64,000 nucleotides of DNA, from contig CAZDDW010000002.1 in NCBI GenBank assembly GCA_964504365.1, positions 53,246 through 117,245 of the forward strand, written 5' to 3'. The notes beneath the pieces are model-generated. The model did no database searches, had not been told where the DNA came from, and saw only the letters and a program-made list of their open reading frames with translations. The stretch is from an uncultured Gammaproteobacteria bacterium (GTDB lineage Bacteria > Patescibacteriota > Patescibacteriia > UBA9934 > CAZDDW01). Made by a program: the position numbers and the translations under genes. The stretch's first letter is position 1, and each line of letters begins with the position of its first letter. Positions 59,632-64,000 of the stretch are shown piece by piece.

Positions 59632-60468
59632 ATGACCCGGGTTGTTTTTTTTGGCACACCAGATATTGCAGTCCCTTTTCTCGATGCCCTAAATACGGCA
59701 TCGAATTTTGATATTGTTGGCGTGGTTACGCAGCCAGACAAACCAGTTGGTCGTAAGCAAGTATTAACCCCGTCACCAGTAAAGGTTCGCGCTGAAGAGC
59801 TTGGACTTAATGTTTTAGAACTGAAAAACCTGAAGTCAGATCGTGCAAACTCAAAACTCAAAACTCTTAACCCACAACTTTTCGTAGTCTTTGCCTACGG
59901 CAAGATCATTCCGCAGAGCGTACTTGATCTTGCGCCAACACTGAATGTTCACCCTTCCCTTTTACCAAAATATCGCGGACCATCACCAATGCAGTCTGCG
60001 ATTCTGAATGGCGAGACCGAAACCGGAATCTCAATTATGCTATTGGACGCAGGCATGGACAGTGGCCCTATTTTATCGCAAGAAAAGCTCAAGCTAACGG
60101 ATTACGAAACAGCTGAAACTTTGGAACAAAGAGTTTGTGATGTTGGACCAAAGTTGTTGCTCAATGCAATTCAAGGATATTTGGACGACGCAATCAAACC
60201 AGTGGCACAAGATGATTCGCAAGCAACAACTTGTCACATGCTTGAACGCGCTGATGCTGAGATTACATTGAATGAAACTCTACAGGAGATTGATCGTAAG
60301 ATCCGCGCTTTTACCCCATGGCCTGGAACTTATTTCGAACACGATGAAAAGCGCGTTAAAATTCTAAAAGCCCGACTCGACGAGTCAGGCTTGAATCTGC
60401 TTGAGGTTCAACCAGCTGGTAAAAAACCAATGAGCATCGACCAATTCATCAACGGCTATCTGTCGTAG
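59632..60468 (+). CDS. fmt: Methionyl-tRNA formyltransferase
   Basis: FFGTPDIA, VTQPD, NVHPSLLPKYRGPSP, MDSG. Confidence 0.96.
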   Translation: MTRVVFFGTPDIAVPFLDALNTASNFDIVGVVTQPDKPVGRKQVLTPSPVKVRAEELGLNVLELKNLKSDRANSKLKTLNPQLFVVFAYGKIIPQSVLDLAPTLNVHPSLLPKYRGPSPMQSAILNGETETGISIMLLDAGMDSGPILSQEKLKLTDYETAETLEQRVCDVGPKLLLNAIQGYLDDAIKPVAQDDSQATTCHMLERADAEITLNETLQEIDRKIRAFTPWPGTYFEHDEKRVKILKARLDESGLNLLEVQPAGKKPMSIDQFINGYLS

Positions 60469-61999
60469 AGGTCATGGCTGGTGTAGCTTGCGCAGTTGGT
60501 TTTTTTGTTTTCATTTTTTCTTTAACTGCTTCCAAAGACAGTTTTGCTTCGCTTGGAGTTAAGAACGGGATAAGGAAGATCAAAAAACCAAGTCCGATCG
60601 GATGATTCAAAAACGGTGTGAACACATGCAATACAAACAAAGCAACCACACTGCGCAAGAAAGCAACCATTAACCAACCAGCATCACCTTTCTTGGCTGA
60701 ATTCCAAAGCGATAGAACATAAAAAACAAACAACCAGACAAAAGCCAGGATTCCAAGAAACCCCATTTTCAACCAAACATCCAACCAACCCCATTCAAAC
60801 GCATAGGTCTCAGCCGTGCCGCCAGTTGCAACCATTCTCGGATCCTCACTCTCATACTCAATAACAGTTCCGAATCCACTTCCAGTAAACGGAAGTTTTT
60901 TTATCTGCAGCATCATTGGCTCAACCAGATTCCAGCGGCTGCGTGCTGCAGCTTCATCAAGTTCTGTTGCCCGGTCTGCAAGCAGTGACCCAAACCCACC
61001 AGCACCTAGATTATCTGGAAACGGAAAAGCAACAATACCAAAGAGTAATACTATCGAAACAATGGCTGCTGAACAAACAATCATGATTCGTCCAACAAAA
61101 GATTTCCATGCTGGTATGAATTTGAATTTCTTTTTGTTAAACAAGAAAGCCAAGGCCGCCAGGATTCCAATAAATACACCGAGCCAGAAACTACGTGACA
61201 TACTAATCACGATCGTGGCCATGGATCCAACAAGGCCGAGATAGACTAGCCAGCGATCCTGCTTTCTTTGCCAAAGCAGGACGCAGAGCGAAACCAAAAC
61301 AAACAACCCAACAATGACCCAGAACTGTGATTGCAAGAAAACACGAAAGATATCGCCGCTAACCCGAGTCAGCTCTGCAATCCGCGCATCACGGAAGAAC
61401 GTATACAAGACCTCTTCTAAACCTTCACTAGCATGTGAGAAAACATAAAGCAAAGCCAGGGTCTCGACAATTAACCAGGTTACACCTGCAGACAGAACCT
61501 GAAGTAGCTGTCGTCTCTTTGTTGCCACCCAGTTGACACTGAGCATTGGCAAAAGATACAAAGCATAAAAATATGCATTCATGTCGTTAAACACGTTCAT
61601 GAGATCATTTCCTCGTGCCCAGCCGATCACACCCCCGACAACCACAGCTAACCCTAGCAGCAACCATGGATACAACCGCGCATCATCATATCGATACTGT
61701 GACTTCTTCAAGGCCACTCGAACAACCCAAGCCAGCATGACTGCTACAAAAATACCCATCCTGATCGAGAATGAGTCAAACGAAAATAAATGCCCGTGTG
61801 AGCCAACCATTAACTCAGTAAACGCAACCAGAAGCCCAAGCTCAAGCTTCCAGATCGACAATGCCAAGACAACCAAACTAATCAGAATGACGATCACCGC
61901 CTCAATTGGCGTATCTAAAACAAAAAATGCCACCAGATGCGCTAGCGCGATCCCTAACAAACACCACCAAAAAGTTTTCCCAAAAAATTGTTCTTTCAT
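60449..61999 (-). CDS. O-antigen ligase/Wzy-like membrane protein
   Basis: Multi-TM; SMSRSFW, PFTGSGFG. Confidence 0.75.
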   Translation of the reverse strand: MKEQFFGKTFWWCLLGIALAHLVAFFVLDTPIEAVIVILISLVVLALSIWKLELGLLVAFTELMVGSHGHLFSFDSFSIRMGIFVAVMLAWVVRVALKKSQYRYDDARLYPWLLLGLAVVVGGVIGWARGNDLMNVFNDMNAYFYALYLLPMLSVNWVATKRRQLLQVLSAGVTWLIVETLALLYVFSHASEGLEEVLYTFFRDARIAELTRVSGDIFRVFLQSQFWVIVGLFVLVSLCVLLWQRKQDRWLVYLGLVGSMATIVISMSRSFWLGVFIGILAALAFLFNKKKFKFIPAWKSFVGRIMIVCSAAIVSIVLLFGIVAFPFPDNLGAGGFGSLLADRATELDEAAARSRWNLVEPMMLQIKKLPFTGSGFGTVIEYESEDPRMVATGGTAETYAFEWGWLDVWLKMGFLGILAFVWLFVFYVLSLWNSAKKGDAGWLMVAFLRSVVALFVLHVFTPFLNHPIGLGFLIFLIPFLTPSEAKLSLEAVKEKMKTKKPTAQATPAMTSTTDSR

Positions 62000-62458
62000 T
62001 TAGTTGCTGTTATTCAAGAAAACCTGGTCCGGGGTGACCCACTTAGAAACCTCAAGCGCGTTACAAGCAATGGCTTGGTATCCTGCCTCTTCAACAGAAA
62101 TCGGTTGCCCGCCGTAAGTATAAGACCAGGCAATTGTCTCTGTTATTGTCCCTGGCGTGGTCTGACAACCGCCTAAAGTTGAATAAGGACAAGTGTTATC
62201 AGAATAAACCCCAACCCCCTGACAATTCAACGCCTTAACCTCAGGTGTGTCCCAGTACGAACCAATATAGTCAACACAAGTACTCTTTTCAGCAATCACG
62301 TTACATGACCCGCGAACACGATAATCTTCTTCGATCTCTTCAATCAACTCCTCAACATCTTCATATTCAATTTGTTGATCTTCGGGTAGTCCCTGAGAAC
62401 AACCGCCGCCGACCAAAACCAAAACCAATGGCAAAATAAAATATTTTGTTTTATTCAT
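62000..62458 (-). CDS. Cys-rich lipoprotein
   Basis: LVGGGC lipobox-like; six further Cys. Confidence 0.7.
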   Translation of the reverse strand: MNKTKYFILPLVLVLVGGGCSQGLPEDQQIEYEDVEELIEEIEEDYRVRGSCNVIAEKSTCVDYIGSYWDTPEVKALNCQGVGVYSDNTCPYSTLGGCQTTPGTITETIAWSYTYGGQPISVEEAGYQAIACNALEVSKWVTPDQVFLNNSN

Positions 62459-62987
62459 ATATGTCTATACATTCAGTGAATTCCCATTCAAGGAAGTCAG
62501 CTGATTGCTCAGCCTCGTCCCAAGTATATGTTGCCCAAAAACCACAGTCCCCTAACCCGCGTGACTTTTCTTGCCGAATAAAGGTCTGGTCTTCCGGAAG
62601 ATACGAGAGGCCAATCGGGGTCTGTGTTGTTTGCCATCCGTCTTCTTCTGAATCGTCTGGAATGTCAAAACTCAAAATCTCATTCCCATCGTTGTGCACG
62701 TAAATAGCAACGTAATTATTCTGATAAGCAAAGTAGTCGCATGGCAGGACGATTAATTGTCCGATCTCAACTTGGTAATCAAAGTAACCTTGAAAATCTT
62801 CTGGCCAATACCCTTCTATCGGACCGCGACAATCCAACCCGGCCTCGTTGACCAGATTCAACCAATAATCAGAACTCTTGACTAGTGGCCGCTCATGCTG
62901 CACTGGCAGACTACTCAGGAACGTGTACAATCCCAAAACAACAACAACCGCGATCAGGATCAATGGGATTTTACTTTTCAGTGCCAT
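62451..62987 (-). CDS. DUF1176-like membrane-anchored protein
   Basis: N-terminal TM; CDYFAYQ and KSRGLGDCG..ATYTWD. Confidence 0.65.
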   Translation of the reverse strand: MALKSKIPLILIAVVVVLGLYTFLSSLPVQHERPLVKSSDYWLNLVNEAGLDCRGPIEGYWPEDFQGYFDYQVEIGQLIVLPCDYFAYQNNYVAIYVHNDGNEILSFDIPDDSEEDGWQTTQTPIGLSYLPEDQTFIRQEKSRGLGDCGFWATYTWDEAEQSADFLEWEFTECIDIYE

Positions 62988-62988
62988 A

Positions 62989-63486
62989 CTATATTTCAAT
63001 TCCTAAGTAAGCACGAATTAGGTAACCGATCGCAAATGACACCAAAGCCACACCCAAACTAATGCCTGCCATTTCTAAAAAGCGAGCTGGGAATGATAGT
63101 TTATTGGCTCGGGCTATGTAATAGTTAAACACGGCGATAATAAACAATGCAATCAACACCGTTAGTCCAAGACACAAAAAATGATTAGTGAAAATAAAAA
63201 ACGGTGCAATTAGCAAAAGCACAGTTACAATATAAGAAGATCCAGTGTAAATACCTGACCGAATCGGACGGTGTCCGTGATTCTCAGTCTTCACAGCAAG
63301 ATACTGCGAAGCGGCCATAGACATGGCTGCTGCCACCCCAGTGATCAAACCAACTACAGCAATTAAACGTGTATTTTGCAAAGCTAATGTATAACCAGCC
63401 AAGGCGCCTGTTAGCTCAACCAGAGCATCATTTAATCCAAGCACAATCGAACCTGTGTACTTTAAATGTCTACGTCGAAATATCAT
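62989..63486 (-). CDS. VIT1/CCC1 family transporter
   Basis: VLGLNDALVELTG, AMSMAASQYL; start 63486 just after TAGAAT. Confidence 0.85.
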   Translation of the reverse strand: MIFRRRHLKYTGSIVLGLNDALVELTGALAGYTLALQNTRLIAVVGLITGVAAAMSMAASQYLAVKTENHGHRPIRSGIYTGSSYIVTVLLLIAPFFIFTNHFLCLGLTVLIALFIIAVFNYYIARANKLSFPARFLEMAGISLGVALVSFAIGYLIRAYLGIEI

Positions 63487-63525
63487 ACCTATACATTCTA
63501 TCAAATGTGGTATAATCCAGCCAAT

Positions 63526-64000
63526 ATGGATAACATTGAATGTGAAATCAGGGCTATTATAAAGAAAAAAGATATTCCGGCCTTGCGACGACAATTAAAA
63601 AAACGCGGCAAGCTTACTAGTAAAGATCGCCGCTTGTCAGTCATGTTATTTCGCTGTGACCCAGAAGCAGATCTTGATCTACGCATTCGCGTGACCAACG
63701 GAGAGTGTGAAATGGTTATGAAACGAGGCGATCATCATTCATCTGATCGTGTTGAAACGGCACAGGAAATTGAGCCTGGCCAATTTGTTGGCATGACAAA
63801 ATTATTCCTTCAATTCGACTGGAACTGGACTAAGGTTGGCGCACGTGATTCTGAAAATTATGATCTTGGTCATGGAGTGATCGCTACTATTGCCTCAGCT
63901 GGTGAATATCGATACTTGGAGCTTGAAAAAATGGCTAGCAAAAAAACACTGTCTAAAATTCAAAAAGAGCTCGAAGCGCTTGCTAACGAGCTCGGGGTTG
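63526..64000 (+). CDS. CYTH-domain protein, 3'-truncated by window edge
   Basis: Translated by hand (not in ORF track): MDNIECEIR..., DLRIR, YLELEK; ATG just after TG-TATAAT. Confidence 0.7.
   Translation, partial: MDNIECEIRAIIKKKDIPALRRQLKKRGKLTSKDRRLSVMLFRCDPEADLDLRIRVTNGECEMVMKRGDHHSSDRVETAQEIEPGQFVGMTKLFLQFDWNWTKVGARDSENYDLGHGVIATIASAGEYRYLELEKMASKKTLSKIQKELEALANELGV

Noticed and set aside
1-64000. GC-skew switch marking the terminus
   Set aside because: Spot checks by eye were inconsistent; needs computation

Overview
Bacterial chromosomal segment, most likely Patescibacteria/CPR (Parcubacteria-like, inferred from gene content and SD-less core genes). Core genes: pepA, thiI, rsmI, metG, tatD, a complete V/A-type ATPase operon with an Na+-binding c-subunit signature, a UvrD-nuclease fusion, dciA, mreBCD-mrdA, greA, a lysS-HD fusion, serS, alr, ftsQ, pgi, gltX, CIRCE-controlled clpB, a degenerate priA, def and fmt. 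About 17 GC-richer orphan genes are interleaved, most with their own sigma70 promoter, Shine-Dalgarno site and terminator, whereas the core genes are SD-less or leaderless. Main unexplained signals: (i) an ORF-free, multi-stem ~214-nt RNA gene at 20014-20227; (ii) a possibly related structured leader at 53772-53988; (iii) twin ~200-nt rod hairpins bounded by three GGCCGGCC palindromes at 54864-55271; (iv) a PaaX/Cas2-like gene bracketed by repeated palindromes; (v) a repeated terminator-promoter cassette array at 21.5-22.8 kb; (vi) palindromic and heptamer repeats that also sit in-frame in coding sequences. No rRNA, tRNA, CRISPR array or transposase was recognised. All calls were made by eye; no searches were run.
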